From the NCBI GenBank assembly GCA_016699385.1, contig CP064974.1, forward strand, positions 692,654 to 756,653: a stretch of DNA of 64,000 bases. Direction: 5' to 3'. Origin of the DNA: Candidatus Moraniibacteriota bacterium. Its GTDB lineage: Bacteria; Patescibacteriota; Minisyncoccia; Moranbacterales; UBA1568. Shown in pieces: positions 9,891 through 19,685 of the stretch (positions are counted from its first letter, which is position 1; every line of letters starts with the position of its first letter). The notes under the pieces are model-generated. The model worked only from the letters and a program-made list of their open reading frames with translations. It had not been told where the DNA came from and ran no database searches. The position numbers and the translations under genes were made by a program.

Positions 9891-11114
9891 TCATTTGATA
9901 TTCTCCAACACAGAGTACATCGGCTGCAACATCGCAACCGCAAAAAATCCGACACCACCACCAATCAAAAGCATAAGTATCGGCTCGATAATAGAAGACA
10001 TGTTCTTGGTAATCTGCGTCACTTCGTCTTCATAAAATGTCGCAAGCTTCTCAAGTACCATTTCAGTTTTCCCTGTTTCCTCACCAACCGCAATCATTTG
10101 AGGGACAAGAAGTGGAAAAATCCGCGGATACCGCAAGATAACCACGCTCAATTCCGTCCCGCGTTGTATCTCGCCGATTGCCTGCGTAATGGAGTTTTTG
10201 TATGCATCATTTGAAAGCACGCGCGAAACGATGCCAAGTCCGTCAACTACCGAGACACCACTTCGCAGAAGTGAACTGTAAATACGTGCAAACCGAGCGC
10301 AATTCACTTTGACAACGATATTTCCCACAATGGGCATATAGAGGAGCGAAATACTAAACGCACGCTTCCCTGCCGCCGTGCTCAGAAACATCTTCCCCGC
10401 GATAATACCACCAAGAACAAGAGCAATACTCGCAATGTAGTGCCCACGCAGAAAGTCGCTGATACCAATAATAAAAACTGTCATTGCTGGCAACTCGACA
10501 TCCATATCTTTAAAGGTGCCCACGATACTTGGCAGAATATATGTGAGCATGAGTATGGCGATACCAACCATCGCCACCAAGATGACTGCCGGATAAATAA
10601 GCGCGCCCTTCACCTTGCTCGTGATATCATGCTCTTTCTCCAATTGCGTCGCCAAAATTTCGAGTACCATTTCCAGGTTTCCCGATACCTCACCGACATA
10701 TACCATGTTGACAAAGAGCTCATTGAAAACGGATGGGAAGCGCGCCATACCTTCAGAAAGCGTCTTTCCGGTTTGAATATCAGCATGAACCGACTCGAGA
10801 ATATTTTGAAATTTTTTATTTTTTGTCTGCGTGCTGAGATTTTTGAGAGCACGAGACATTGTCAGCCCCGATGACACCATGACCGCGAGATTCCGCGTAA
10901 AAACCATCTTCTCTTTGAGAGACACGGATGTGAAACGATCAAAGAACTTCACATGAACACCATGCAATTCTTCTTCAATCACTTTGATCGAAGTCGGCAC
11001 GAAATCCTCAGCAGCAAGTGCCGCGGCAACACCTTTTTCGTCCTTCGCAGTAACCTCGCCACCTTTCGACTCTCCGGTTTTGAGATTTTTTGCAGTATAA
11101 AGATACTTCGGCAT
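9891..11114 (-). CDS. pilC: Type IV pilus / T2SS platform protein PilC/GspF
   Basis: 407 aa with two GspF repeats and three TM segments, typical of the PilC family. Confidence 0.85.
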   Translation of the reverse strand: MPKYLYTAKNLKTGESKGGEVTAKDEKGVAAALAAEDFVPTSIKVIEEELHGVHVKFFDRFTSVSLKEKMVFTRNLAVMVSSGLTMSRALKNLSTQTKNKKFQNILESVHADIQTGKTLSEGMARFPSVFNELFVNMVYVGEVSGNLEMVLEILATQLEKEHDITSKVKGALIYPAVILVAMVGIAILMLTYILPSIVGTFKDMDVELPAMTVFIIGISDFLRGHYIASIALVLGGIIAGKMFLSTAAGKRAFSISLLYMPIVGNIVVKVNCARFARIYSSLLRSGVSVVDGLGIVSRVLSNDAYKNSITQAIGEIQRGTELSVVILRYPRIFPLLVPQMIAVGEETGKTEMVLEKLATFYEDEVTQITKNMSSIIEPILMLLIGGGVGFFAVAMLQPMYSVLENIK

Positions 11115-11140
11115 AATTCACACAAAGATATATGCCCAAA

Positions 11141-12193
11141 TTATACCACAGTTTTGTCAAAAAATTTCAGATACAATCCATAACCCTTTGCTTCGAGTTC
11201 TTCTTTGGGGACGAACCTGAGCGCGGCGGAGTTCATGCAGTAGCGTTTGCCGCCCTTGTCTGCCGGACCGTCATCGAAAACATGTCCCAAATGTGAATTT
11301 CCTTTCTTTGATCGCACTTCCGTTCGCACTGAAGTCAGCTCCGTATCATCGTGAAGTGAAACTGCATCCGAATCAATCGGCTTCACAAATGAAGGCCAGC
11401 CCGTCCCGGAATCATATTTATCTTTCGAGAGAAACAATGGCTCGCCAGAAACCACATCGACATACAACCCCTCCGCTTTGTTGTTGCAGTATTCATTTTC
11501 AAACGGTCGTTCCGTTCCGGCGTTCTGCGTCACTTCATACTGAAGCGGAGAAAGCTTCGCACGCAATTCTTCTTTCGAAAGCTTCTCCAAGGAATCCTCA
11601 CTCGATGCAGATTCAAAAACCGCAGACATTCCGTCGTGATGCGCCGCGATAAACGCTTCGCGCCCAGAACCTGTTCGATACGCCTGATACCGAAGCGGAT
11701 TCTTCGCGGCATAGCCTTGGTGAAAATCTTCCGCTCGCCAAAATTTCACCCTCGGCACAATGAGAAGAGCAAGCGGTTTGTCATAGATTTTCTGCGCCTC
11801 CACATCTCGCACTACCCTCTCGGCAATATGTTTCTCCTCCTCGGTGTCGAAATAAATCGCCGGCGCATACTGCTCTCCACGATCAGCAAACAAGCCATTC
11901 GCATCCGTTGGGTCGCTATAGAAAATAATATGCTCTACCAAACTCCGATACGAAGTCTTCGTTGGGTCATACGTCACCTCAACCACTTCGCGATGTCCAC
12001 CCTTGGCATAATTCTCATACGTCGGATTCTCCGTCGTCCCGCCCGCATATCCCGACTCAACCTTCACGATGCCTGAGAGCTTCTCAAAATCCGCCTCCAC
12101 ACACCAAAAACACCCCCCAGCAAACATCGCCGTTTTGTATTCCGAAAGTTGTTTCACCTGCCGAGACAAAGAATCTTGCGAAGACTGCGTCAT
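11141..12193 (-). CDS. msrAB: Bifunctional methionine sulfoxide reductase MsrA-MsrB fusion
   Basis: N-terminal MsrA motif GGCFWCVEA and C-terminal MsrB motifs ([19 protein letters not shown]). Confidence 0.85.
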   Translation of the reverse strand: MTQSSQDSLSRQVKQLSEYKTAMFAGGCFWCVEADFEKLSGIVKVESGYAGGTTENPTYENYAKGGHREVVEVTYDPTKTSYRSLVEHIIFYSDPTDANGLFADRGEQYAPAIYFDTEEEKHIAERVVRDVEAQKIYDKPLALLIVPRVKFWRAEDFHQGYAAKNPLRYQAYRTGSGREAFIAAHHDGMSAVFESASSEDSLEKLSKEELRAKLSPLQYEVTQNAGTERPFENEYCNNKAEGLYVDVVSGEPLFLSKDKYDSGTGWPSFVKPIDSDAVSLHDDTELTSVRTEVRSKKGNSHLGHVFDDGPADKGGKRYCMNSAALRFVPKEELEAKGYGLYLKFFDKTVV

Positions 12194-12351
12194 AGAAAAA
12201 TATCAAAAGTTGGAACACTCACATCACCAAAGAAAGTATACCAAACAATCTCACCAACCAAAAAAACTCCCCCGCCAGACATCCTGTCTGCGGGGGTTCA
12301 TATTCCCTTCAATCAATCCTTTCCATTTCATCCATACTTACACTCCTCACT

Positions 12352-14805
12352 TCAGTGAGCAATCGCTGCTGCTTGCTGCTGATAACCCTGTTCCGTACAT
12401 GTCACATCCTTGCACCCACACTTCCATACATCGTCCACCTGGTGACAGATATAGGCGAGAATGAGCGTCGGTTGTACTACCGAGCTCGTATCTACCTGAG
12501 CACCCGAGACAGTAAGCCTCGCACCACCCCGGCAGTAGTCACCCCACAGTTCACCCTCAGAGCATTCAACGGTGAGCGTTGTATCCACCCCCGTCTTGCT
12601 GTTGCGAACATGCACCGTCTTGTAGACAAGCACATTCGGGTCACCCTCCGTCCCGAATATCAGATCAAGCATATCGGGTTGGTTTGGAGAGCATATCGGG
12701 GAAATAACCAGACGATTCCCCGAAAACCAATCGAAGGGCGGTGAGTAGGGCTGCACACTCCATTTTTCCCACGTATCGGGAGTGATCAGCGGGCAAGCAA
12801 TCGGAGCATTTGGATCTACGAGCGTTCCGTCCTCTATGTCATCGTTTTCCGGTTCGGAAATGGTAAACGATATTGAGGCAGTCATCACACTCCGATCAGA
12901 CTGCGCTGTACGAAAGTCGTAGTCCACCTCTGCCGAGAACACATAGTCTCCCGGCATCGTCGGCATGACGAATGAAACTTCCTCCTGAGCCTCGTCATTG
13001 GTACGAAGATGATCATGTCTCGTTTGGTCGAAACCAATGACAATCGGATCGGGACCGTACTGCGGTCCTTGCACTCTCCACTCGGTATTCACCTTGTCGG
13101 AACCAAAGGGCGTGCCCGAATTCCGAATTCGCACATACGCCGTCACACCTTCTCCGGGTTGCGCTGCCGGGTTGGAAAACCACAGCTGCGATATGGAAAG
13201 ATGCGGGTTTTCCGTCAGCGTAAAGACCTGCTCACCTTTCCAATTGTTCTTCTCGTTCGATTCAGGCTCCCTGTTGTCGGGGTCAATGTGCACCCCGAAG
13301 TTGAATGCGCCCGGATACCCGGACGGGTAATTGTCTCCGTGGATATCAACGCAGTGCCTCGTAGTTGCTTTGGCTGTCCGTACCTTGCTGAGGTACTTCG
13401 CTGGAATCATTTCGGATCCAACCGGATCGGGATGCTTGTCTTCTCGATTGCCTTTCGAGACATAGAAAGTGATTTTCACATCTCTCGATACATCCTTGTT
13501 TCCGGCATTCTTACTCTCGGCAACCATACACACCGTGTCGCCAAAGCCAATGGTATTCCATACATGACCACTGCTTCGCTCCGTCCAGAGCTTGGTCACG
13601 ACGAGATCGGATTGTTTCCCGCTCGCATTGTTCCCTGTGATGGGAGCAAAGGTCTCGGCAGGATCCGCCTCGGCATAGCTGCCCAGGTCAATTGCCTTGT
13701 CTCCGTTCATACCGGGACCGTCAGTCAGGATAACCACCCGCTTATTTGTTCCCTTGATCTCATAGACTTCACCCGCATTGTGCACCACGAGATCTCGCTG
13801 AACCGATGGATCGGCAGCAAGCGCCGCTGGCGTTTGGACAAGACTGAAGAGCGAATCCAATCTGGAAAACAAGAAACTCAACCACGATGACCACCATGGA
13901 GCCTTCTCCACGCTAACGATATCGCTAACCTTTACGACTCCACCATTGTCCCTAGCGCTTTGTAGTGTGGACTCGATGGCTTTCTCGATTCCGGGACATG
14001 CCTCACTCTGACTCACTTCTTTCGTCACCCAGTAGTCACTCCTCAATCCATCAACAATCTTGAAGCGAGCATTCGCCGTAGCACAGAGGTCGGAACCTTG
14101 GTAGATATAGTCACCTCCTCGGTAAAAATCTTGTGTGCCTTTGGGGATGAGGGTGGCGGGGTGAATAGAATTTTGAAACGGATGAACAGTGCATAACGGG
14201 TCATTCCTGTCTGGATGATCAGAAATCAGCACTCGTCCAAAATGTTTTGGTGGGATGGTTATGCACTCATCCTTTGTATCCCACACCGTCTCATGAACAT
14301 GATCACCTCCGATATAATACCCTACCTTGCCAACAGGCTTCCCTGCTTTCACTAAGATATTTTTTCCAGAAATATCCTGCCGAAAACAACCTCCTTTTTC
14401 GCTCCTCTTTATTTGCTCCACACCATTTGAATCCTTTCCAAATCGCTCGTAAAAATCTTCCCATTGCATATGAGCAGAAAGAGAAGCAAATGGCCTGCCA
14501 TCATCCGTGTAATGACGAAACACAACACCGACATTTCCAGAGCCCCACCCATTACATGAGATATAGCTAATGATACCATCAGCCACCATCAGCACCTCAT
14601 AATTAAGAGGTGCTATTACATCAACAGATAGATGATCCCACAGTCCATCGCCAAGATAATCTTTCTCCATGTAGTCACCACCGACACTAAATTTAGATGT
14701 TCCGGTGGGGTAGTAGAGTCCATTCAGAGTTTGGTCAGCCGCGTGAACTACATTCAACAGTAATCCTTCGCCTATCAGAAAGAACAAACTCAACATTCTC
14801 TTCAT
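12352..14805 (-). CDS. Large secreted multidomain protein: N-terminal M23 (LytM) metallopeptidase domain plus vWA-like domain
   Basis: Signal peptide. M23 motifs HLSVD, ADG, AHM and GDHVHE are in the canonical order. ILTDGPG is a vWA-like motif. 817 aa. Confidence 0.5.
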   Translation of the reverse strand: MKRMLSLFFLIGEGLLLNVVHAADQTLNGLYYPTGTSKFSVGGDYMEKDYLGDGLWDHLSVDVIAPLNYEVLMVADGIISYISCNGWGSGNVGVVFRHYTDDGRPFASLSAHMQWEDFYERFGKDSNGVEQIKRSEKGGCFRQDISGKNILVKAGKPVGKVGYYIGGDHVHETVWDTKDECITIPPKHFGRVLISDHPDRNDPLCTVHPFQNSIHPATLIPKGTQDFYRGGDYIYQGSDLCATANARFKIVDGLRSDYWVTKEVSQSEACPGIEKAIESTLQSARDNGGVVKVSDIVSVEKAPWWSSWLSFLFSRLDSLFSLVQTPAALAADPSVQRDLVVHNAGEVYEIKGTNKRVVILTDGPGMNGDKAIDLGSYAEADPAETFAPITGNNASGKQSDLVVTKLWTERSSGHVWNTIGFGDTVCMVAESKNAGNKDVSRDVKITFYVSKGNREDKHPDPVGSEMIPAKYLSKVRTAKATTRHCVDIHGDNYPSGYPGAFNFGVHIDPDNREPESNEKNNWKGEQVFTLTENPHLSISQLWFSNPAAQPGEGVTAYVRIRNSGTPFGSDKVNTEWRVQGPQYGPDPIVIGFDQTRHDHLRTNDEAQEEVSFVMPTMPGDYVFSAEVDYDFRTAQSDRSVMTASISFTISEPENDDIEDGTLVDPNAPIACPLITPDTWEKWSVQPYSPPFDWFSGNRLVISPICSPNQPDMLDLIFGTEGDPNVLVYKTVHVRNSKTGVDTTLTVECSEGELWGDYCRGGARLTVSGAQVDTSSVVQPTLILAYICHQVDDVWKCGCKDVTCTEQGYQQQAAAIAH

Positions 14806-14895
14806 CGCAAAGATACCTCATGTCGTATTTTTAAAGAGCTCTTATCTCAAAGAACTCACATGTAGGAGTAAACCAACAAAACGTTAAGTCACGCC

Positions 14896-14934
14896 CTACA
14901 GATTTCACGCAAATTTATAACGTGAAATCTGTAG
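14896..14934 (-). other. Perfect 14-bp inverted repeat hairpin (CTACAGATTTCACG, 11-nt loop, CGTGAAATCTGTAG) 4 nt after the stop of the upstream gene
   Basis: Read directly from the sequence. There is no U-tract, so it is not a canonical intrinsic terminator. Confidence 0.4.
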
Positions 14935-14938
14935 AACA

Positions 14939-15604
14939 CTACTTTAGAAATGCCATCCTCGTAAGAATCCATGGGTACAGTGTAGCCAATTCCGACGGAT
15001 AAAAATTTTCGCCTGATTCAAATGTCCCATCTAATTCAGAGGAAACAAGATAATATTTATTCCCATAAAATATGTATGCTAACACATTGCCAAATCCATA
15101 AGATACAATAGTATCATAACCATCAACTCTCGTGTGCCACACCTTATTTTCAGGAGTTTTTATTCGACGAGAGAGAATATCATGAAATCTCGATGCTTGC
15201 AGATTTTCCCTGTCTGAAAAAGAAATCCGTATCGGACAAACAGATGTCTCTTCAACAAAGTACTTTCTTTCCTTTTCCTGCAAACAAACCCCTTCACCAT
15301 CCGCCTTTCCGCTCCAATCTTCTGGTATCTTCACCTCAAATCCTAATTCTTCGTCTCGATAGGTCTGCCAAGTGGAGGTATCAACCGGTGCAAAAGTATA
15401 CTCCCCATCAATGAGATCTTTAACGCTTTCAATCTCACTTTGAGAGGTGCTCCGTTGAGAATTAGATTGTTCCAAAGAAGAAATTTTATCCTGAACAGAC
15501 TGAGTCGTTTTCTGATTTCGGAAAACACACCACGCACCGACAATGGTGGCGATGAGAATTGCTGAAATGATACCGAAAAGCACGTACTTGTTTGGGAGTT
15601 TCAT
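14939..15604 (-). CDS. Membrane-anchored hypothetical protein
   Basis: N-terminal TM helix followed by a Ser/Gln-rich linker and a globular domain. No motif recognised. Confidence 0.4.
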   Translation of the reverse strand: MKLPNKYVLFGIISAILIATIVGAWCVFRNQKTTQSVQDKISSLEQSNSQRSTSQSEIESVKDLIDGEYTFAPVDTSTWQTYRDEELGFEVKIPEDWSGKADGEGVCLQEKERKYFVEETSVCPIRISFSDRENLQASRFHDILSRRIKTPENKVWHTRVDGYDTIVSYGFGNVLAYIFYGNKYYLVSSELDGTFESGENFYPSELATLYPWILTRMAFLK

Positions 15605-15665
15605 AAATGTGTGAATTACTATAGTTTATGTACGTATTTTTGTCAAATGTAAAAATGTACTCTCA

Positions 15666-16601
15666 CTACAAAACGGCGGTTTCGACGTCGCTCATGCGGC
15701 GGCGGAAGGATTCGAAGACTTGGGGACCGCGAGGATGCGGGAGGAAGACGAGTGCCTCATCGGTCGCCTCAATGATGCCTTCGGATGTATTCGTTTTTGG
15801 ATTCGCGGCAATTTTCTGCTTCTGAAGTCGGCGAAGCAGAGACTCAAAACCAATGCCTACCAAAAGTATTTCCCCTATCGTCCTCGACAGTCGCGCCCAG
15901 AAAGTGTCCGGGAGAAGCGCGCTGTGAGGGAGTCGCGCGCTTTCAAAATGCGGACGGAACCGGCGTATCCATCCGTTTGAGCGTTGGAATTTCCGAAAAA
16001 CAGACTCGCCGAAAAATGGAATAATGAAAAAGTACTCGCTCGATGAAAAAAGATCCTTGAGTCGAATCTCGAGTGAATGCGTCGTCACCCAGAAATTGAG
16101 ACAGGCTCGACGCGCAATATGTCTGCCGTGCCGACGCAATCCGAAGAGATGAAGCAGTGCCGTCACCGTCGCGCGCCCCGTCCAGATAGAGCCACTTCGA
16201 AGCACAATAAAGAAATCCCAGTCACTTCCGCGATCGGCGTTCTTCATGGAAAGACTCCCCGTCAACCCCACCATGCGCACAAAAGGAAAGAATCGCATAA
16301 TGCTCGCAATTTTCCGCGCGCCTCGGATATTCCGATCGGCGATTTTCTGCCGCTCAAGGCGCGTCGCGATGAGGCGTTCCCGCCCGCGCAAGAACACAAA
16401 CCCATACTCTCGTCCCAAGCGCTTCCGCAAATAACTTCCATTGAGAGTCTCCCTCACTTCGCGAAACGACACTTGCTCCATCGTCATTCCCTCACCATCG
16501 GACATCAAGAGGAATTTCCACACCTCAAATTCCGTAAGCGGATAGTCAAACGCATCATAGTACGCAACCGTCTCGAGAAGAGCGCGATGAAGAGAGGTCA
16601 T
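15666..16601 (-). CDS. Minimal nucleotidyltransferase (Pol-beta superfamily)-like protein
   Basis: GS-x9-SDWD in VGLTGSLSMKNADRGSDWDFFIV fits the hG[GS]...[DE]h[DE]h NTase signature. The rest is unrecognised. Confidence 0.35.
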   Translation of the reverse strand: MTSLHRALLETVAYYDAFDYPLTEFEVWKFLLMSDGEGMTMEQVSFREVRETLNGSYLRKRLGREYGFVFLRGRERLIATRLERQKIADRNIRGARKIASIMRFFPFVRMVGLTGSLSMKNADRGSDWDFFIVLRSGSIWTGRATVTALLHLFGLRRHGRHIARRACLNFWVTTHSLEIRLKDLFSSSEYFFIIPFFGESVFRKFQRSNGWIRRFRPHFESARLPHSALLPDTFWARLSRTIGEILLVGIGFESLLRRLQKQKIAANPKTNTSEGIIEATDEALVFLPHPRGPQVFESFRRRMSDVETAVL

Positions 16602-16614
16602 AGTATGAGAAACA

Positions 16615-19539
16615 TCACAAATACTTCCCCGTCAAGCTGCGTTTGCATTTCTTGAGATCGGTAGGCGTCCCCGCAAAGACAATTTCACCGCCAGCAGCAC
16701 CCCCTTCGGGTCCCAGATCGATTACCCAGTCACTATGGCGGATCACTTCAGAATTATGCTCAACAACAAGCACGGTGTTTCCTTTATCGACAAGTGCGTC
16801 GAGGATAAGGAGGAGTCGACGAATGTCCTCGAAGTGGAGACCGATAGTCGGTTCATCGAGAATATACAGCGTCTTGCCAGTTGCCTTCCGCGCGAGCTCG
16901 GTCGCAAGCTTGATACGTTGTGCTTCGCCACCCGAAAGATTGGTCGCGCTCTGTCCCAAAACAAGATAGCCCAGCCCCACTTCATCAAGCGCACGGAGCT
17001 TTTCCTCGACTGCCGACTGGTCAAAGAAAAACGCGCGTGCCTCGGTCACCGTCATATCGAGCACCTCGGACACGTTCATACCGCGATACTCGATTGCAAG
17101 TGTCCGCTCATTGTAGCGTGTCCCACCACAGGTCTCGCACGGCACATACATATCCGGCAAGAGATACATTTCAATCTTCCGCATACCACTTCCCTGACAG
17201 ACTTCGCATCGCCCGCCACGCATATTGAAGCTGAAATGACTCGCCGAAAACCCTGCCTTCTCCGCTTCTGCCGTCGCGGCAAAAAGATCCCGAATCGGCG
17301 TCCATGCACCCGTATAGGTGACCGCGTTCGAGCGTGGCGTCCGCCCGATTGCTTCCTGGTTAACGACAATCGCCTTATCGATATGTTCCATACCGCGAAT
17401 CGCTCGGTGCTTCCCAATCGAAGCGCGAGCACCATGAAACTCTCTGAGGAGCGCTCTCCCGAGAATATCCGTAATAAGCGTCGACTTCCCCGACCCGGAC
17501 ACGCCGGATACGACAACGAATGTCTCAAGTGGAATATGCATGTCAACATTTTTGAGATTGTGTTCTGTTGCGCCGATCACTGAAAGCATTTTTTTGGATT
17601 TTCGGAAAGATTTCTTCGTCGATACACTGCGTCGACCGGAAAGATACGCACCCGTCTCCGTCTTGGATTGCCACAAAGCCTTTGGTGTCCCAGAGAACAG
17701 CACCTCCCCGCCCTCGCGCCCAGCGCCAGGTCCCATATCAACCACCCAATCCGCTGCATGCATAATTGCCGGGTCATGCTCCACGACCACCAAAGAATTG
17801 TCTTGTCCTTGAAGCGCACGAAGCGTATCAATGAGACGTTCCGTATCGCGGTTGTGAAGCCCGATTGACGGCTCATCGAGAATATAGAGTATACCGGACA
17901 ATTCCGACTTCATCTGTGTCGCGAGCTTGATACGCTGAGCTTCCCCACCCGAGAGTGTCTCGGCACTTCGAGAGAGTTCCAAATAGCCAAGTCCGACCTG
18001 CCGCACCGCACCGAGTCGCTCCGTCGCTTCCCGCAAAAGCGGCGCCGTCATCCGATTTCCCTTGGCAAGAGACGCTTCTGCCAAAAGACCCAGAAGGTAC
18101 TGCTCCAACTGATCGACCGGCATATCAGACAGCTGATCAATTGACTTCCCATCGAACAATACCGAAAGTGCCTCCGGACGCAAACGTTTCCCTTTGCATG
18201 ATGGGCACGGCGATGATGACATGAATTTCTCGATGCTCGAGCGGATATGATCAGACTTTGTCTCGCGATATTTTTTCTCGAGAATCGGAATTACCCCGGG
18301 GAAAAATGGTTTCTTCGAACGACGCTCGCCAGACTCGCCAAAGAGCACTTCATTGAAATCGGCTTTCTTGAGTTTCGATACTGGCACATCAAGCGCAATG
18401 TGTCGCCGCCCGGCAAATGCACGCAACAATTCAAAGCTCCCATTGCCAGACTCGCGCTTCCCGTTTCCATTGCCATGCCCGGCACTCTCGAGCGTACCCG
18501 CATCGTCGTCATCATCTTCGCATCCATTCGACGGCGACGCACACGGTGTCCGACTCCACGGACGAATCGCCCCCTCGAGAAACGAGAGTTTCTTGTTTGG
18601 AAGTACCAAATCCGCATCAAGCTCGAGCTTCTTCCCAAGACCGGCGCAGGCCTTGCAGGCACCCTCGGGATTATTGAACGAAAACGTATGCGGTGTGATA
18701 TCCGTGATGCCCGTGCCACATGATGCGCAGAGATATTCGCGACTATAGTGACGCTCCTCCGATCCATTCACCACCACCGTGAGCGTTCCATGCCCCAACT
18801 TAAACGCCGTTTCAATCGAATCAAGCACCCGCTCGACATCCGGACGCTTTGCATTGAGCGTTATGCGGTCGATCACAACATCCATCTCAGAAAGCAACAT
18901 ATCGGAAGCGTGTGGCGTCGCTTCGGATATGAGCATGATTTGATTATGAAAACGCACGCGCGCATAGCCCGCTTGGAGTAGTATTTGAAGCGCCTCTTTC
19001 TCTGTCTTCTTGCGCGTCTGTTCCATTTTGGTCAGAAACATCGTCCGCGTCCCATCGGGAAAGTCGAGAATCTCTCGCAAAATATCCTGCGACTCTCGTC
19101 GGTCAAGACGCTTCCCACACATGGGACAGTGCGGCGCACCCGCCTTGGCAAAGAGCACGCGAATATAGTCATACGCTTCCGTGAGCGTCCCCACTGTCGA
19201 TCGCGGCGAGCGCGTGATACTCTTCTGATCGATAGATATCGATGGACTCAGGTTGGAGATAAAGTCCACGTCCGGCCGATCAAGAGCCTCCATGAAATGC
19301 CGCGCATACGACGAGACCGACTCCATGTACCGACGATTCGCCTCCGCATGAATAGTATCGAAGGCAAGCGACGATTTCCCCGACCCCGACAACCCCGTAA
19401 TCACCACAAATTTCTCACGCGGAATATCCACGTCCACTCCTTTCAAATTGTTTACGCGCGCACCCCGAATCTCGATTACCGCGCGTTTGGACTTCTTCTT
19501 CACTCCCGAGTCGACTCGTGCCACAGCAGTTTTTGGCAT
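16615..19539 (-). CDS. uvrA: Excinuclease ABC subunit A (UvrA)
   Basis: Two ABC ATPase modules (GLSGSGKSSLAFDT, GVSGSGKSTLI), zinc-finger cysteines and LSGGEAQR signatures. Start set at MPKTAV ('cat' at 19537-19539). Confidence 0.9.
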   Translation of the reverse strand: MPKTAVARVDSGVKKKSKRAVIEIRGARVNNLKGVDVDIPREKFVVITGLSGSGKSSLAFDTIHAEANRRYMESVSSYARHFMEALDRPDVDFISNLSPSISIDQKSITRSPRSTVGTLTEAYDYIRVLFAKAGAPHCPMCGKRLDRRESQDILREILDFPDGTRTMFLTKMEQTRKKTEKEALQILLQAGYARVRFHNQIMLISEATPHASDMLLSEMDVVIDRITLNAKRPDVERVLDSIETAFKLGHGTLTVVVNGSEERHYSREYLCASCGTGITDITPHTFSFNNPEGACKACAGLGKKLELDADLVLPNKKLSFLEGAIRPWSRTPCASPSNGCEDDDDDAGTLESAGHGNGNGKRESGNGSFELLRAFAGRRHIALDVPVSKLKKADFNEVLFGESGERRSKKPFFPGVIPILEKKYRETKSDHIRSSIEKFMSSSPCPSCKGKRLRPEALSVLFDGKSIDQLSDMPVDQLEQYLLGLLAEASLAKGNRMTAPLLREATERLGAVRQVGLGYLELSRSAETLSGGEAQRIKLATQMKSELSGILYILDEPSIGLHNRDTERLIDTLRALQGQDNSLVVVEHDPAIMHAADWVVDMGPGAGREGGEVLFSGTPKALWQSKTETGAYLSGRRSVSTKKSFRKSKKMLSVIGATEHNLKNVDMHIPLETFVVVSGVSGSGKSTLITDILGRALLREFHGARASIGKHRAIRGMEHIDKAIVVNQEAIGRTPRSNAVTYTGAWTPIRDLFAATAEAEKAGFSASHFSFNMRGGRCEVCQGSGMRKIEMYLLPDMYVPCETCGGTRYNERTLAIEYRGMNVSEVLDMTVTEARAFFFDQSAVEEKLRALDEVGLGYLVLGQSATNLSGGEAQRIKLATELARKATGKTLYILDEPTIGLHFEDIRRLLLILDALVDKGNTVLVVEHNSEVIRHSDWVIDLGPEGGAAGGEIVFAGTPTDLKKCKRSLTGKYL

Positions 19540-19685
19540 AGCGGAACAGGTATAAAAAACGATGCATTGCCACCCATTGTACCGCAATTTTCCGCAATTG
19601 TCACTTTTGCGGGAGTATTCGCATTCCACCGGACACAAATCACCAACATCGTGGCAAAACACAGATTTGTGCGATATACTGTATC

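Noticed and set aside
13009-13890. 293-aa plus-strand ORF inside the M23/vWA gene
   Set aside because: It lies antisense to a gene with clear M23 and vWA motifs. It is Arg/Pro-rich low-complexity sequence typical of GC-rich antisense frames.
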